Notes: generated by a model from the sequence alone, not told the origin. Positions 40,517 through 55,439 are shown, numbered from the stretch's first letter. The stretch is DNA of 64,000 nucleotides from the human T2T-CHM13v2.0 reference genome, Homo sapiens (GCF_009914755.1 NC_060927.1); one strand, 5' to 3'. Made by a program: numbers and translations.

Positions 40517-40625
40517 ACTTGGGCCATTAGTTAACTTGGCCCAGTAACACAAAAATCAAATGTTGGGATTCAGATTCGGTCATAAGTAGTTTGTCCTCAA
40601 AGCCCAAGTTTTTATCCACTCTGCT
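40370..40625 (-). mobile_element. MIR containing an A34 run (40481-40514)
   Basis: 'cagtgctaagcatttt...attaatcctcatgac...ttaacttggcccag...gggattcaga'. Confidence 0.7.
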
Positions 40626-41059
40626 AATTACACCATAATTGCACAGGATGGCACAAGAAAAGAGGAAAAACAATCCTTAGTATTAGCATGACCATTATTA
40701 GTACCTCACGTGTTAAGATATCTATGGTTAAAACTCTCTTCCAGAGCAGGGGAACGGATATTAAGCCTGTCTTTAAGATGCCACATAAACTAAGAATCTT
40801 GAGAAAATGCACATACATGTACATAAATGTTGCATCACATTTTAGAGAGTTATTAGACTCTGAAGGTCAGATTTTAAATCTTCAATATTAAAGGTCATTC
40901 TATGCAAATAAAATTATACATACATATATACACACATATGTACATGCACATATAGCTTAAATTTATGCTGCTTTTAGTAACTCTGCTATTAGTAAACTAT
41001 ATTTTGGAAGTGAACTAAAACGGAACTTGCTAAAATAAGTGTTTTCTGGTCTGAAGAAA

Positions 41060-41260
41060 GATATGGTTAGAATCTGAGCCCTCCGCCATCTAGTGGGTAC
41101 CTTGAGTCACTTATTGCTTCTCTTTATGCCTGTTTCCTGATTTATAAAATAGGGGTGCAAACAATACCTAGCCCAGAAGTTTGTCTTAAGCATTCGATGA
41201 GTTGACATTTATTACACACTTACTAGAGGGCCTGTGCAGAACCAGCTCCCTATAATATGT
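41060..41260 (+). mobile_element. MIR
   Basis: 'ccttgagtcactt...gcctgtttcctgatttataaaatagggg...aataccta'. Confidence 0.65.
41081..41099 (-). promoter_or_regulatory. Candidate CTCF site
   Basis: Minus strand reads TACCCACTAGATGGCGGAG; the core CCACTAGATGGCG fits the CTCF motif. Occupancy unknown. Confidence 0.45.
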
Positions 41261-42475
41261 CATAGCCTCCATAAATTTATAACAATGAGTTTTAATATGG
41301 AAAAGAGCACCTTTAACATCTAACACTTTTTATTTTCGCATCCCCATTGTAACACCTAACATACCGTTTCAAACACAGTAGACATTTAGAAAGTATTTGC
41401 TGATTAAGAAGGAAAAAATATCTTAACATTGCTCCAGTTTCAATCATGTATTTAAACTGCTGTTGAATTTTTGGAAGTCTCCCATCATTTCATGGTGCTC
41501 ACAAATTTCCACACATATTTTTATGACTCATTATATATTAGTAGTATAACTTCAACCTTAAATCCTCATATAATAATATACATATAATATGTAATCATGG
41601 TATTACCTTCTGCTTTTTTCCCTGTAACTATATGCTTTTTACTAATCATTCATGCAAATCTCTACTTTTATTATCAGAATATTTTTCCTGCTTTTTACAG
41701 ATAGCCAAGCTTATCTATTCTTCTGGCTGTGTGTGTTTTTTTTTAAATGCCAGAGAAGCATATATGCAAATGAAGGTAGAATATTTTAATGTCGTTCATT
41801 GATATGTTATTACCAATCCTTGAGATAAAGTATCTTTTTTGCATATTGTAAAAGAAGAATAGAAAAAAATCAGTCTCTCTCTATGAATGTTACCAAAACC
41901 ATCAATTAAAATGTTCCAGTTAATTCTTACATGTGCATTTTGCCTTATCTGAAAATGCCAATTGCTCAGTACCATTTGATCTTCACTGAGTGTTCCTTCT
42001 TTTGGCTTTTTTAAAATCATTTCTGCTAAGACGTGTTTAGATATGTTAAAAAACTGGAAATTCTTTTATAGTTTTTGTTTAATTTTTTCTTAATAAAATT
42101 AAGACAATGATCAGGTTGTTTAATTCTGTTTATATTGTCATGAGATTAATTTTTTTACCATATTTTAATATCTCATTAATTAAAGGAGAAATCTAAGTGA
42201 TACATTCAAATATCTGTACTGTTTGTTATGCCATAAAATCTTTAGTTATGATTAAATCTTTGAATGTCTATATCCTAGATCAACAGAGAGAACTTTTAAA
42301 GTTTATTTTAATAAATCATAAATCAATTTGGTTACTAGTTTGGCTATTTTTATAAAACATTTAAAATGTATGTTATTATTCTTTTATAAATTATTTTCAT
42401 AAGATCATAAGTAAGATGTAGTCTTACTTTGAAGTAAAGAAAAAATTTTCAGATTAAAGTTTAATAGTAAATAGA

Positions 42476-42660
42476 TCAGTACTTCTCAAACTTAATTGTA
42501 CATGCTAGTCACTGTATGTACTACAGTGCATAGGGTGTCTTGTGAAAATGCAGTTTGATTCATTAGGTCTGGGATAAGACCACATTTTGAGGAGTAAACA
42601 CATGGAATATCTTTAGGGCATCTAGTGATGACTCTGCTGAAACTTCTTGGACCATATAAT
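42476..42660. mobile_element. MER5A-like element
   Basis: 'cagtacttctcaaactt...cttgtgaaaatgcag...gattcattaggtctgg'. Confidence 0.6.
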
Positions 42661-44660
42661 TAACATGCAGAATTATTTTACTAAACGTAAGGCAAAGTAA
42701 TGGTTCTGGAAAAAGCCTGAGTACTAGGATAATTAGATATAACTTCATTCTCTCCTACTTAGCTAGTTAGTCTAGGGCAGATTTTAACTTTTCTTAGTTT
42801 GCTCTCTCAGTACCTTAAACAGTAGTAAGTACTTAAGAAATATTGATGTGTTGATTAGGATTTCATAGAAATAATCAGCCTCAATGATGGCAATTTCAAC
42901 TCGATTTAGCAAACATTGAAGACCTACTGAGCCTGAAAGGGGTAGTATACTCAGGGTACCACTGCACACTTGAATTATTCCTTTCTGGAAGTTATGTGAA
43001 AAATTATATGAAATATAGACATTGGCATTGACTTAGTGGCTGGAAAACTTTCTTGGTGGCCTTTAGATATCAGCAGACCTATCATTTCTGTCATGTGTTT
43101 TTTATTGGCCAATAGTTCAGGTTTCTGTGTTGCTCAATATTCCTAGTTATTCCTAAATGTTAGGGGTAGATGCACCCAAAAGCTTCTCACATTTACCTCT
43201 TATAATTCAAATCAGATAAAGAATTATATTTGGCCTGAGTTTGGTGCATAATAGAATAGTTTTGTTACTCTGTCAATAATGGCATAATTCAATTGTTAAT
43301 GTAAATTGGGATCTAGTACACTAGACATCTCAGAAATTAAATAAGACATTAAATGTCTGCTATGGGAGAATACTCTAAGATAATGACTTTAAAAAATCTG
43401 ATTACATGCCATGGAACATTCTAAATTCAGATGTGGCTCCTTCCACTCACTGATAACAGAATTTGGAATCTGTTATTAATAATAAATCCAACGTCAAAAG
43501 CTGGCTTCCTGCAAATTGTCGTTGGCTGGTATTCTCTGTGTTTCAAATTGAGTAATTAATTATATTAGCTACATGTTGTGTTATACATATATTAGAAACA
43601 ACGATATGTTTGCAATGCAGCAAATACTATTTTGTTATTGTTAATGGATATGGCATGCATGCCAATTGTCTAGCCTTTCTTGCCTTTAAAACTGTTGTTA
43701 AAAATTAGTATGTTGTCACACATTTTGATACAATCTTGACTACCTACTAATGTTTTTAAAAGGTTGATAACTACATTTGTAAGATATAAAATATGGTAGC
43801 CTAAAATTGGACGAATGTTTTTGTTTTTACATTTTTTCAGTCTCCTCTTATTACATTTGATGGTGAATTTTTCAGGGAACAAATCTCAGGGTTTTTTTTT
43901 TTTTCTGATTTCAGTGGCATTGTGCTTTAGACTATGCTAGAGTTTCAGAGAAAATTTAATATGGATTATTTTATGAAAGATGGGAACTTCTTTGGCAGAT
44001 GAACCTCCTTTTTGTACTCTCTCTTTTAGGAATATTAATATTAATTCATAATTAACCCATGAAGCCTTATTCTTTCTACTTCTTCCTTCCTCTTTTTGAT
44101 GGGATAGCCACATAATAAGCATGGCCCTCTGGCCATGGAACCATATAGATAGTTTCTTCAACTCATCAGCACTGGCAAATACTGTCGTGGTTCAACACCC
44201 CATTCTGTGGCCACAGAAAATGCTGACAGACCACGTTTAAAAAGACACAGACTAATTGTGAAAATTAGCTTGCATTTCTCCTAAGCCAAGTTCAATTTTT
44301 GCCAGTGAGTTGACTTTGGAAAATACACAGTAAATAGTTGCATTTCTTATTCATCAAGCAACTTGACATTATACTACCAAGCACTGCTTTTATTTTTAAT
44401 ATGCTTTGAAATCGACAATGATAATTCAAGTTATAGAATGATAATTATCAATATCGTGTCAGAATAAAAGCAAATGCCATTTACTGTAATATGTAGACTC
44501 AGAGATAGCTCACAATGAAGAACAGAATAATAGGAAAGGAAAAAATTCATATTATCACATACACCCATGATTTTAGTAAAGTTTTAAAATAAAAATAAGC
44601 ACTTATGATTTACCAGTGTTGAAGAGCCTTACTTCTATTAATGATGTATTTTCTTTTTAG

Positions 44661-44788
44661 AATATTTCTCTTGGAGGATGGCAGCCTCAAGATATATAAT
44701 ATTACCAGGTCAGATGCTGGATCATATACATGCATAGCCACAAATCAGTTTGGCACTGCAAAGAACACTGGCAGCCTCATTGTAAAAG
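44661..44788 (+). CDS. CNTN6: CNTN6 coding exon (probably exon 12), C-terminal half of Ig5, 128 nt
   Basis: ttttctttttag| acceptor, |gtatca donor. Encodes (R)[44 protein letters not shown]|A=Arg across a 22.4-kb intron. Confidence 0.96.
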
Positions 44789-46699
44789 GTATCATATTAT
44801 CTTCATTTGTGATTGATGAACATTGTAAATATGCAGGCATATTATGACTTGTGTTATGGTGTCAAACCTGTACCATATTGTGTATGTAAAATTGTTGATT
44901 TCACAAGTTATCTAAGAGATCCATTCCCGTACTCATTAATAACATGCACACTTTGCCAGTGGGATACCATGGTAGATGTGAATACTTTGGCAATTGAAAA
45001 TGCTGTCAGAGTGTCATTCGAGTTAAAACCTACACCTAAATTATTTGGCTTTTTACATAAGCCTTAATGTTAGGGGCCATGGACGTTTTGATAAAGTCAC
45101 TGGATAACATTTTTTTGGTCAAATATCTTTCAGAATCTTTATTTTTATTTGAAATATTTACATGTATATAAGGCTACCAAATACATAACTGGCTAATTTG
45201 TTTATATAACTCCAGGTACAAAACTAATGAAATGCAGGGTCACAACCTTTAGTAAGCAGTTCTTTTCAAAGAGAAAAAATTAAAATCTGTGTGAATCATT
45301 ATTATATTTTCATCACAGTAAGCAGATAAACTCATACAATTTATAGAGATAAATTCTATACTTTACTTTTAAGATTTCTAAATCAGTATCAATCCAAATG
45401 TTCCTACATTTATCACCAAGGACATAATTAATATTAGAAGTATCTATTCCCTTTCCTTGCTGCTTTATTTTGTTGAATCTCAGCTCATAAAACTAGTGTG
45501 TTTACTGGAAGCTGTATCACTTCTATCATTTCATTGCCTCCTGGATGATAAAAATGGCTCTCTTGATAAAGCAGTTTAAGCAGCTAATTAAGCCCAAATG
45601 ATTAAAATCAGCATTTGGTGCTTTCTCATCTTTTCCATTAAAATAAATATATTCAATAAAAAGTAGTTAGCTGCTACACTTCAACCATCCTTTAAAATAT
45701 CTCAAGGAAAATAAACACCCACCTTTGAGCCTGGAAGATATTTCTGCCAACTTGTCTCAAGCGTATTACATTATGACGACAATTGTCTGAAGTATTCTGG
45801 GGAAATGTGACTGATAAAACTTGGTGTGTCAAAATCCAACCAGTATGGCATATTTTGAAAAACTTCTCTTCCTTAAGATTGTATTGTCATCAATTTTTAA
45901 GACAGAGATGGACTTAAGTGTTTCAAGATAGATGTTATGGCTATATTTAGGAACAGACTATTTCTCCAGCAAATTTTTGGCAATACTCAGACACTGAAAA
46001 ATGTGAATCCTTTATATTTGGAAAAGTAACAAGTTCATTAACGGGAAAAAAAGATATTTATTATATCATTTCAAATTAAGAAGGTGTAGGTAGTATGCAA
46101 ATTTTATTACAGCAGAAGATTAAAATGTGGTGAAGGATAAAAAGGCATTTTGCAGTTAAATCTTCTAGGTATGGAAAAATCCAGAGGGCATTAAAACGTG
46201 AAATAGAAGGGATAGAAAACATCAGCAGTAGCAATGTAGTTTTTAAAAGAAAGTTTCTTTAGAATACTGGTGATCTGGGAGGAGGGCCAATGGTTTTGCT
46301 GTTAAAATACAATGATGGGGATTCCTTCACTCTGGAGGATAAGAAAAACACAAGTTAATGGTAGATTGAACTGAATGAATAGGCACTCTTCCTCCAGTGT
46401 TTCTTAAACTTTGACATCATAATATTCACAGTCCACTAATAACTGATGAAAGAAAAATAAAAGGTGACGGCTAACAAAAATACTAACTGAGAAACTCGGA
46501 AGCCACTGGACTGCATTCTGGATGTAACATTTGCATATTTCAGATGTGTAATATAGCCGTGTTTTCTGCAAGTTAGGTTCCTAGTACTTAGAAATAAGTT
46601 TATCTACACTTTCAAGTATTCCATAAATCTAACCATAATCCCCAGCTACTCTGCTCTTTCCATAGGTAAAACAATAATTAATCAAGATAGCTCAGTTAA

Positions 46700-47030
46700 C
46701 AAAAAAAAAAAAAAAGCCTGACTTACATTTTTGTTTGTTCATTTCTAGTGCTCTTTGCTGAGGTTGTTGAAACAAAATTATCCCACTAGGCATTCCTTGT
46801 TACCTTAATCAGTTCCACTCTTCCTTCTTCTGTACCACTTTTTATCTTCTTACGAACTGTATAACTGACTTACTTATTATGGTTTTTTTTCTTGTCTTTT
46901 CTTCCCTTCTAGAACAGAAGCATAAAGAGGGCAGGGATTTTTGTTTTAATCAATGATGAATCATAAATCCTAGAACATTGCTGGGAACTGTATGTGCCCA
47001 GTAAATATTTATTGATTTAATAAAATGTTA
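46700..47030 (+). mobile_element. L2 3' fragment
   Basis: 'ctagaacagaagcataaagagggcagggatttttg...cctagaacattgctgg...cagtaaatatttattga'. Confidence 0.65.
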
Positions 47031-50000
47031 TTATCTTATGCAGCTTAGTTCATAGGGATACTTTTCATACTGGCTTCCTTGCTCTAAAATCGGACAGTTT
47101 TCAATTTTTCAGGGTCTGAGCTTCTTAGGACACTTTGCAAAAAAAGAACATCAAAGAAAAAAACCAACCTTTTTACATGCATTCACTTTCTAATTGTAGG
47201 GTTTGTAATCTTTTATTTCTGACAGACATCGATCACCTCACTCTCCTAAGGGGGTACAAGCCTGAACCTACATCGAAATCCAAAAATTCGTGAAGAGAAT
47301 TCATTGTTTTGGTATTTCTAGCACAGTACAGGAGAATAACTCACATATACAAAAAGGGTACATGATAACATAACTGATGTCACTATGCCTGATTATCAAG
47401 TTACTTTCATGCATTTACACCTAATAATGGGAAGGAAATTTTGCTATATTTTAACCTTCATGACACATCCACATCCCATTTTAAGTGGACTTTGGGGTCT
47501 TTTGCTTCTTTGTCATTAACAAGAACTATCCTATGCAATATAAACATGTACATACTTAACCACACAAATACATATAAATAAAATAAACACAAAATGTGTG
47601 TACAGTATGAAGAAAAACAGCCTTAGAAAGTTGCTTTATTATTTATCTGTAATGTTTAATCTTTATGAAATTGTGTGACTGTCATACAAGCACAGTTCTA
47701 AGTCTATTATTACCACGTCCTCTTAACTAGACTGTTATCTCTAATTCCCTTTCATGTAAAAATGTTGAAGACATCACTGCCAAGGAATTATTATTTTACA
47801 ACCTACAAATTTGAAGCCTAGCATAGGAAAAAATTATAATAGTGTACATCAATTCAACCATTTTCTTGACTATTGGGTGTATAGTCATCTGGTTGTTTCT
47901 TAAGATGGCTTAATAGTTGTGTATATATGTATGTGTATTTTCTCATCAGTAATATTCATATGATTGCTGTTACAGAATCAAATATAATTTTGTTTCTCAA
48001 GCCAAAATCAGTGTATAGTGACCTTAAGAGTAATAGAGTGTTAAGGAGCAAATGAGAAATTTCAGTAAAGCTGATAAAACAATCATCTCCCTTTGAATTT
48101 ACTTATCAGCCTCTGTCATGCAAGAAATGTTGTTGTTAGATAACATGGAAAAGATAATAGTTACAAGAGTGAGATATTTTCCAGCTTAGTTTTTAGCTGA
48201 TATGGCTTATCTCTGTTAAGAGGATTCTGAAGTTATCTGCACTGTATGTTGGAAATTTCTATTTCACTAATACAGCAGGATAAGGCGATTTTCCATTCAA
48301 ACATTGTGAGTGCAATTAGCAGCAGCTTTTCCAGCGCCTCAGAAGATGCCCAGTATAATTTAAGGACATGTTTCAGAGGCACAAACAAGGAATCAAGAGG
48401 AAAGAGAGTTTACGTGTTTTCATTTTGGAGGACTGAGATTAAAATTACAATGTGTACATACACTAAGAGGTATATGAAAATCACATAAAAGGAGAAATTA
48501 TTTGATCTGGCATTTGGAAAATTATTAAAAAGCAGAGTAACAGCAGGCTATAAAAATGATCTTGTTTGCAGGCAACATTTGTTTTTGTTTCCCCACTGGA
48601 GAAGTTTTGGATGTTCAATTATAGGCCTCATTGCTTCAGTGTTATTTTCAACTGAAATGTCGGAACTTGGAAAAGCATATCTAATGTGCAAATTAAGTTT
48701 ATTGCTGCTCATTTAGTTGTTTATTCTTCGTGATAGAAGTCTTTATTATACCAGCATTACAGAGTGGCCTATCCATTTTCTCCAGCAGAATGATACGGGT
48801 CTAAGTTTACTAAGAGAAATGCCCAAGATATGTAGATAATTGGAGGCTTCGTGGCTCTAGAAGGCAGTTTGAAGGATTTGAGGTATCAAGCTCAGCTTTA
48901 TTGACAAGCCCAGTTTGATTGAGCAGACCAAAAGTACACTTTCAGAGAAATGACAAGATGTATTGGAATACATTTGTCATATCGTAGTACTTGAAAACAC
49001 CAGAGAAGTCTCCAGCAGCACTAAAATCTCCCCAAAAATGTTCAGTTCCACACGCCACTTTCCTACACAGAATGACTGAAAGCATTTCAACAGAATGAAC
49101 ATTTGATTTAAAAATTAGTGATGGTAAAAATTACTTTCAAGGTGAGAAAATATATAATGAGTTATTATACTGGTCAGATGAAAAAATTTCCTGTTCCAAT
49201 ATTGAAAATGATGCTGCGTGAATTATTGAAACGTGAATACTACAATCTCTTCAAGTAAAAATGTAAAAACAAGCAAAAACACGCATCAATTTAAGCAAGC
49301 CCACTAAGATCAATGTTGTCTTGGTCTTCATGAAAATTTAGTTCACAATCTTTTTTAAAATGCAGCATATGTCACTCAGATTAAATTACCACATATGACA
49401 TATAGCTGTGTTTTTTCTTAATGTATATTTTACAAAATATAATGTAAAGGATAGATGTTAATACAGCATAGGTTTTACCACTTTTTTCAAGATATTTTTA
49501 CTGCATAGTTTAAACCTATTATTGGTCAAAGTTTTGTTTAATTTTGATAAAAATAGGGGGTGTATAGCTAGTGGTTTATGCCAGTTGAAGGAGACCAGAC
49601 ACAGAAGAGTATAGAACTCTTACTAAAGTGGTCAATGCACAGCCTCTGGAATTATATTAACCTGCCATTACTAACTAACGTGGAACTTGACGACTTAGTT
49701 TTGATGGTTATTCATCTTGTTTTCTTTATTATTATTATTCATTACTATTTGTTAAATACATTCTCTGTCCTAGGCACCATGATAGGTTCTTTGTGTATAT
49801 CATCTCATTTCAACTTTCAGAGTAATGCTTTGAAGCAGATATTATTATCTCAATTTTATACAAGGGAGATTGAGGAATAGGTTGCTAAAACCACTTGCCC
49901 AAGGTCCCTGCATTAGTAAGTGGCAGAACTTTAGCTTTCCTTCTTTTCCATCTTCCAACAAATGTACATATTAAAAAATGCATGAGACAATTTTACATCG

Positions 50001-51118
50001 CATTGTTCAAAGTCTAGCAGGAATAAAAGTATAGTAACATGCAGATATTAGTACTTCCTCCTAAATACCGCAGCCTTCATTCATTAGAGTGCAATTTTAT
50101 ATGTACATTTTTATATGTAAAAATTCATTTGAGTGCAATATTTATGTGCATTTACATTTTATTATATGTAAATTTTACATAAATGCACATTTATGTAAAT
50201 GCACATTTATGTAAAATTTACATATAATAAAATACATAAATTTTAATGTATATTCACTAAATTTTGAAAATGGCATTTGTAACCCAAAACACACAAGATA
50301 TAGAACATCATTATCATCCAACATCTAGAACTTTTTTTATGTCACTTAATCCTTGTTCCTACTACACTCCTAGAAGCAGCTACTGTAATAATTTTCTCAC
50401 CATAGATTTCATTCAAATGCTACCTTATATTGTGTATTCTTTTGTGTTTGGTGTCATTCATACAGTATAAACCACTAGCTATCCATCTCCTATTTTTATT
50501 AAAATAAAAAAACACTTCAACCGATACGTTTATTCTGCAGGTAACTAAATGCATATATACATGTATGTATATATAAATCTCAAACTATTAAGTCTTTTTG
50601 ATCTTTAGTTTCCTGCCCAAACCTGCAAACACTTGTGCTCACTTGTTTCTTGAGTTTTTAGTTAAGAATTGGAAATTTAGTAAATTTACCTTGACTCTAT
50701 TCTGACCGTAAAAGAAGCAATTAGGCTACTCTTCTTCTTAGGCATTCTCTCTCTAAATTAGCTCAGTGGTCACTTATGCTCTAGGGCCATTTTTTTTTTT
50801 TTAGGAATAAACTATGTCATTAAGATGGAAAAGACTTCCCCAGAAGCAAGCTATGTTTTCAGTCTCTGGATCCTGAATACTCAAGCAAGTAGTTACCAAA
50901 TGCTTTCAAGTCCAAAAGAGGAATGGGGTTGAAGGGCGTGGAAGGGGAAAAAATAATCACATGAATCAAACTTAGCCTTATCCTCTGTTTTTGGGTTTTA
51001 TTTTCTCATTTTGACTCCCTCATCCCAACATGAAACATTCAGAAGAAAATATCATTTGTATTAAGACCTATTGACAGGCACAATAAAAATTTCTACTTTC
51101 ATCTTCTACAAAACTACA

Positions 51119-51402
51119 GGCTGGGTGTGGTGGCTCATGCCTGTAATCCCAGCACTTTGAAAGGCTGAGGTGGGAGGATTGCTTGAGACCAGGAGTTCAA
51201 GACCATGGCAAGACCTTATCTCTACTAAAAATAAGAAAAATTAGTAAGGCATGGTGGCATATGCCTGTTGTCCCAGCTACTTGGGAAGCTGAGATGGAAG
51301 GATCACTTGAGCTCAGAAATTCAAGATTGCAGTGAGCTATGATCATGCCACTGTACTCCAGCCTAGGCAATACAGCAAGATCCTGTCCCCCAAAACAAAA
51401 AA
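51119..51402 (+). mobile_element. AluJ with a small internal deletion
   Basis: J-type arms; 'gaccatggcaagacc' lacks about 12 nt of the left arm. Confidence 0.92.
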
Positions 51403-53395
51403 GGTACAGAAGTCTTCTATTGTATAATTCGCTACAGCCAGCATGAAGTTACTATTGGAGAATAGTCTGAATGAACACTATCTATTTATAAGAAATATAA
51501 ATATGATGCCATAAATATGTAGTCACTGCCTATTATGTACTAATAGCTTTGAAACAGAGTAGTTGTCATATCTAATTTATTACACAGAATCTACAGAGCA
51601 TGTTCTGTTTAAATAGATGTCAGGCCCTGCTTTGACTATTTGTTAATATAAAAGATCTGTGTTTACATTTTACAATATTATTTGCTAGGGAAATAGGGTA
51701 ACATTGCATGTTTTCTCATTTAGACATCTCAACTTTTAGACAATGCTTTCTCTAGACTGGTTTTTCATTTGTTTCTTTTAATCTGGGGTTCTCAGTAGTC
51801 TTTTAATATTTATTCCAAACCATTTAAATGTTGAAGTAGTAAATAAATGAGTAATGGTACCTGAAGGTAAATTGGAATATATTGACCATGATTACTTTAT
51901 GCATTGAAATTAAATTTTACTCTGTGGTGAAATATGATAAATGCTGCATGTAGATTTTAATCTGTAGATACACGTGTGAGCAGATAATCATGCACTTGTC
52001 TAAGAGGATATAAAACATTTTAGACTTACGGATTGTATTTGCAAAAAGGAAAAGCTTATTAACTAAAGACTAAAAACAACTCCTTTATTTCTGGCTTGCT
52101 ACACCTGGAGAAATGAAGACCCCATCACACCGATTTCCTTGTTCGTTTGCCTGCTTTTCTCGGTCCAAGGTTTATTTCAGAGTATTAGCTTTGATTTTCC
52201 TGTGTTTGCTTTCCCTTCTTTTGTTCGTTTGCTTAGTTTTCTACGGACTTGCCAACAATTCATTTCCCAAATCTATCTCAATAGTCTCCCTTCAATATCA
52301 GCCTGCCCTGTGTGTTGACGCTCCATTGCCTAACTCCATGCCTTTCTGTTTCTTAACATACTCCTTCACTTTGGTTGATTAAACCTTCCAGTGGATTTTT
52401 GAGAAATAATCCAAGAGATATACAATTTTTTTAATCTTTCATGTTTGAAAGTGCCTTTATTCTGTGTTTACATTTTATTAGTGGTTTAGTTTGAAGTAGA
52501 ATTCTAGACTGGAAGCCATTATTTCTCAGAAATTTTGAGCCGTTACTGTGCTCTGAAAGCCTAAACTTTGTTGATTTCTAATCTGTTGTTTGTGACACCT
52601 TTTCCCTCTTGTTCTCTAGAATTCTGTTTTCTCCAATGTTTGACAATTTCAAGATAATGTGTCATGTTTTAAATCTGTTATCAACTATTACACTGGGCAT
52701 TTGGCAGGCTTTGTCGCTGTAGAAACTCATACTTCTTGGTCCTAAAATATCTTTCTGAATAATTTAATATTTTATTCCATTCCTTCTCCTAAAAGCCCTG
52801 TTATTTAAATGTTATATTTTCTAAACTGGTAGTCTAGTTTATGGTTATATTCATCTATATGTATGTATATAAACATACATGTATATTCTATACACATTCT
52901 ATATATTCTATATACATGTATGTATACACGTATTTTTTTTCTTTTTTTCTCTCTTAGTCTTCATTTTATAGCTGTACCTACCCTTTGTATCTCATCCAGT
53001 TTTATGTTTCTAAATATTATCTATAAGTTAATTCCCAAACTCAAATCAAGCTAATTCCAGCTCAGATATTTCTCTTCAATCCCCAAATTCAACAGCCTAT
53101 TTTATCATCTTCACTTACAAATTTACTATATCCTAACCTTGAACTCCTGATTCTTACTCCCCAAACTTGTTTCTACTGTCTTCTTTCTCCACTATATTAA
53201 TGACAGTCTGCACTGACAGTTGTTTAGACCAAATCCTTGAGATTATTTTTAATTTTTTTCTTTCATTTAAACCCCATATTCAATTGCCCCAAAATGGTTT
53301 CAGCTTCAAGGTACATACAGAATCTAACCACTTCTCTCCGCTTCAATGACCAAACTTTAAGCCATGCCATCTCTTTCCCAGAGTATTGCTATAGC

Positions 53396-53598
53396 ACAGA
53401 ATGGCTCAACCAGGATGATTTTGTCTCCCAGGGGACATTGGCAAAATATGCAAATATTTTTGGTTTTCACAACTGAAGGGTCTCACCCGACCCCACCCGC
53501 TGCCTTGCACCACACACACGCTAAACCCACACCTTGACACACACAAGAAGAAATTATTTGGACCAACTGTTGATAAATGTTAAGCTTGGAAACCCAGT
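53396..53598. mobile_element. MER20 (hAT) inserted in an L2 remnant
   Basis: 'ctcaaccaggatgattttgtctcccaggggacattggcaa...tttttggttttcacaactg'. Confidence 0.75.
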
Positions 53599-54149
53599 AA
53601 TAGCTTCAAAAGCATTTGTCCTAATTCTTTGTTTCCCTTCTAGAAGCTACAATGTTGCTATTAAAATATAGGCAAGATTTTGTCACTCTTAGGACTGAAA
53701 TCTTCTAATGGTTCTTCAGTTCGGTTTTGTTCCTTTTGTTCAGCATTCCTACTGATGTATAATTTGGAATAAGGTAAGGGTGCAATACTAATTAAATGGT
53801 TTTCAATAGATGATTGAATAAACAATTAGTATATTTCTATGTTAGGAATCTCTACTTCTGTCCAAAATTATACTTATTTCTTTCTCTAACTGACAGCAAT
53901 TATCATACTCTTCAAGCTATTATCTAAAAACCTACTGATAAATGGCCTAAATATTTTTACCAATACACTTAATCTATTATGAAACATTAATAATAAAGGA
54001 GAATAATCTGTCTTAACTAGTTGAAGTAAGCTTATCACACCAACCTCCCACTGATGTTCACCACAAATATTGTTAAAATATTTAAAAATGAACAAAAACA
54101 GTTTTTTCAAGGAATTGTGACAACAGCCAAGGTGTTTGCAACATGAGGT

Positions 54150-55425
54150 GCAGAAGCCTGGAGAAAACAAAAGCACAGAGAGGTTAGCCCCACATTCCCT
54201 GCTGTTTTTCTTCTCAGAAATTTGTCAATTCCTAAGCAGTATAAATCAGGAATGAAGAAACCAATCAGAAAGTAGAAAACATCTCAGCAGAAATTTTGGT
54301 AGACTTACAGTGAAAGGGAGACACAAATAGAGGTTCAGAATAAACCAAATAGAATGAAGTCTGCTAAGCAGCTCAACCTTGAGTCAGGACATCTGAAGGA
54401 CTATGTCCTAGTAAGAAACAAAACAAAATAAAATAAAATTGACCAGGACTTAAAATGACTAAGATCCAGACTCAATTCATATCAGTTTCGGACCAGCTTC
54501 TGGCTCTTTTTATAATTGCATGCTTGAAAAAGTAAATCTTCCCGGTACAAATATAACACTATAAAATCACTTACATTTTTGATCCACAACGTCTAGCATT
54601 CAATAAAACGTTACTAGGAATAACTGGAGCTATGACCAAATGACCAAAACTCAGAGAAAAAAACAGATAATAGTAACAGGTCATAGCGATAGAAATATTG
54701 AAGTTCTCAGACAAGGGCTTTAAAATAATTTTGATTAATATATTAAAAGATAGATGACAAGATGGAGAATTTCAGAAAGGAAATGGCATCTGTTAAAACT
54801 CCAATGGAAGTTCTAGAACTGACAGTTGCAAGTGCTAACATTAAGAACAGAATACATTGATTTAACACAAGGATAGCTATAACAGAAAGAGGATTAGTAA
54901 AGGGGAGGATGCGTGAATAGAAAATGTCTAAACTGCAGCATGGAGAGAGAATAAAATGGGAAAGACAGAAAGTATCATAAGGAAAATATGGAATATAGTG
55001 AATAACTTTTAACATATATAAAATTGTTCCAAAAGGAGCAGAGAGGACAGAAAGAAAATTAGGCATGAGCAATATTTGAAGAAATATTTGCCAGATACTT
55101 TTTAAAAACTGAAAATGATAATAAGTATCCAATTCAAGAAATTATGTGAGTCCCAATTCAGACAAATGCAAAGGAAAGCCTAGCTAAGCACACAGTAGCA
55201 AAACTAAAGGGAAAAAAATCAGATAAAAAAGATACATTAAGTCAAAAAAACAAGACTAGCAGTTGATATAACAAAGAAAAAAGGAACCCAGAAGAAAATG
55301 AAATGACATTTTTAATGCGCTAAAGACAATACCAATAAGAATTCTATCCCTATTTAAAAATCCCCCCAAATAAAGACAAAATAAAGATGCTTTCAAACAA
55401 ACAAAACCTGAGAGAATCCCCATCA
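54150..55425 (+). mobile_element. Old L1 5'/ORF1 region remnant
   Basis: A-rich sequence resembling ORF1 ('gacaagggctttaaaata...tggaagttctagaactga...agaggattagtaaa'). Confidence 0.6.
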
Positions 55426-55439
55426 CTTAAAAAAATAAA

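Noticed and set aside
44789-44847. Read-through into the intron giving a secreted Ig1-5 isoform
   Set aside because: A 19-codon open extension is expected by chance, and I saw no nearby canonical poly(A) signal.
48200-48900. Repeat-free stretch that might be a conserved enhancer or hidden exon
   Set aside because: No Ig/FNIII-like frame with splice sites was found, and conservation cannot be judged from one sequence.
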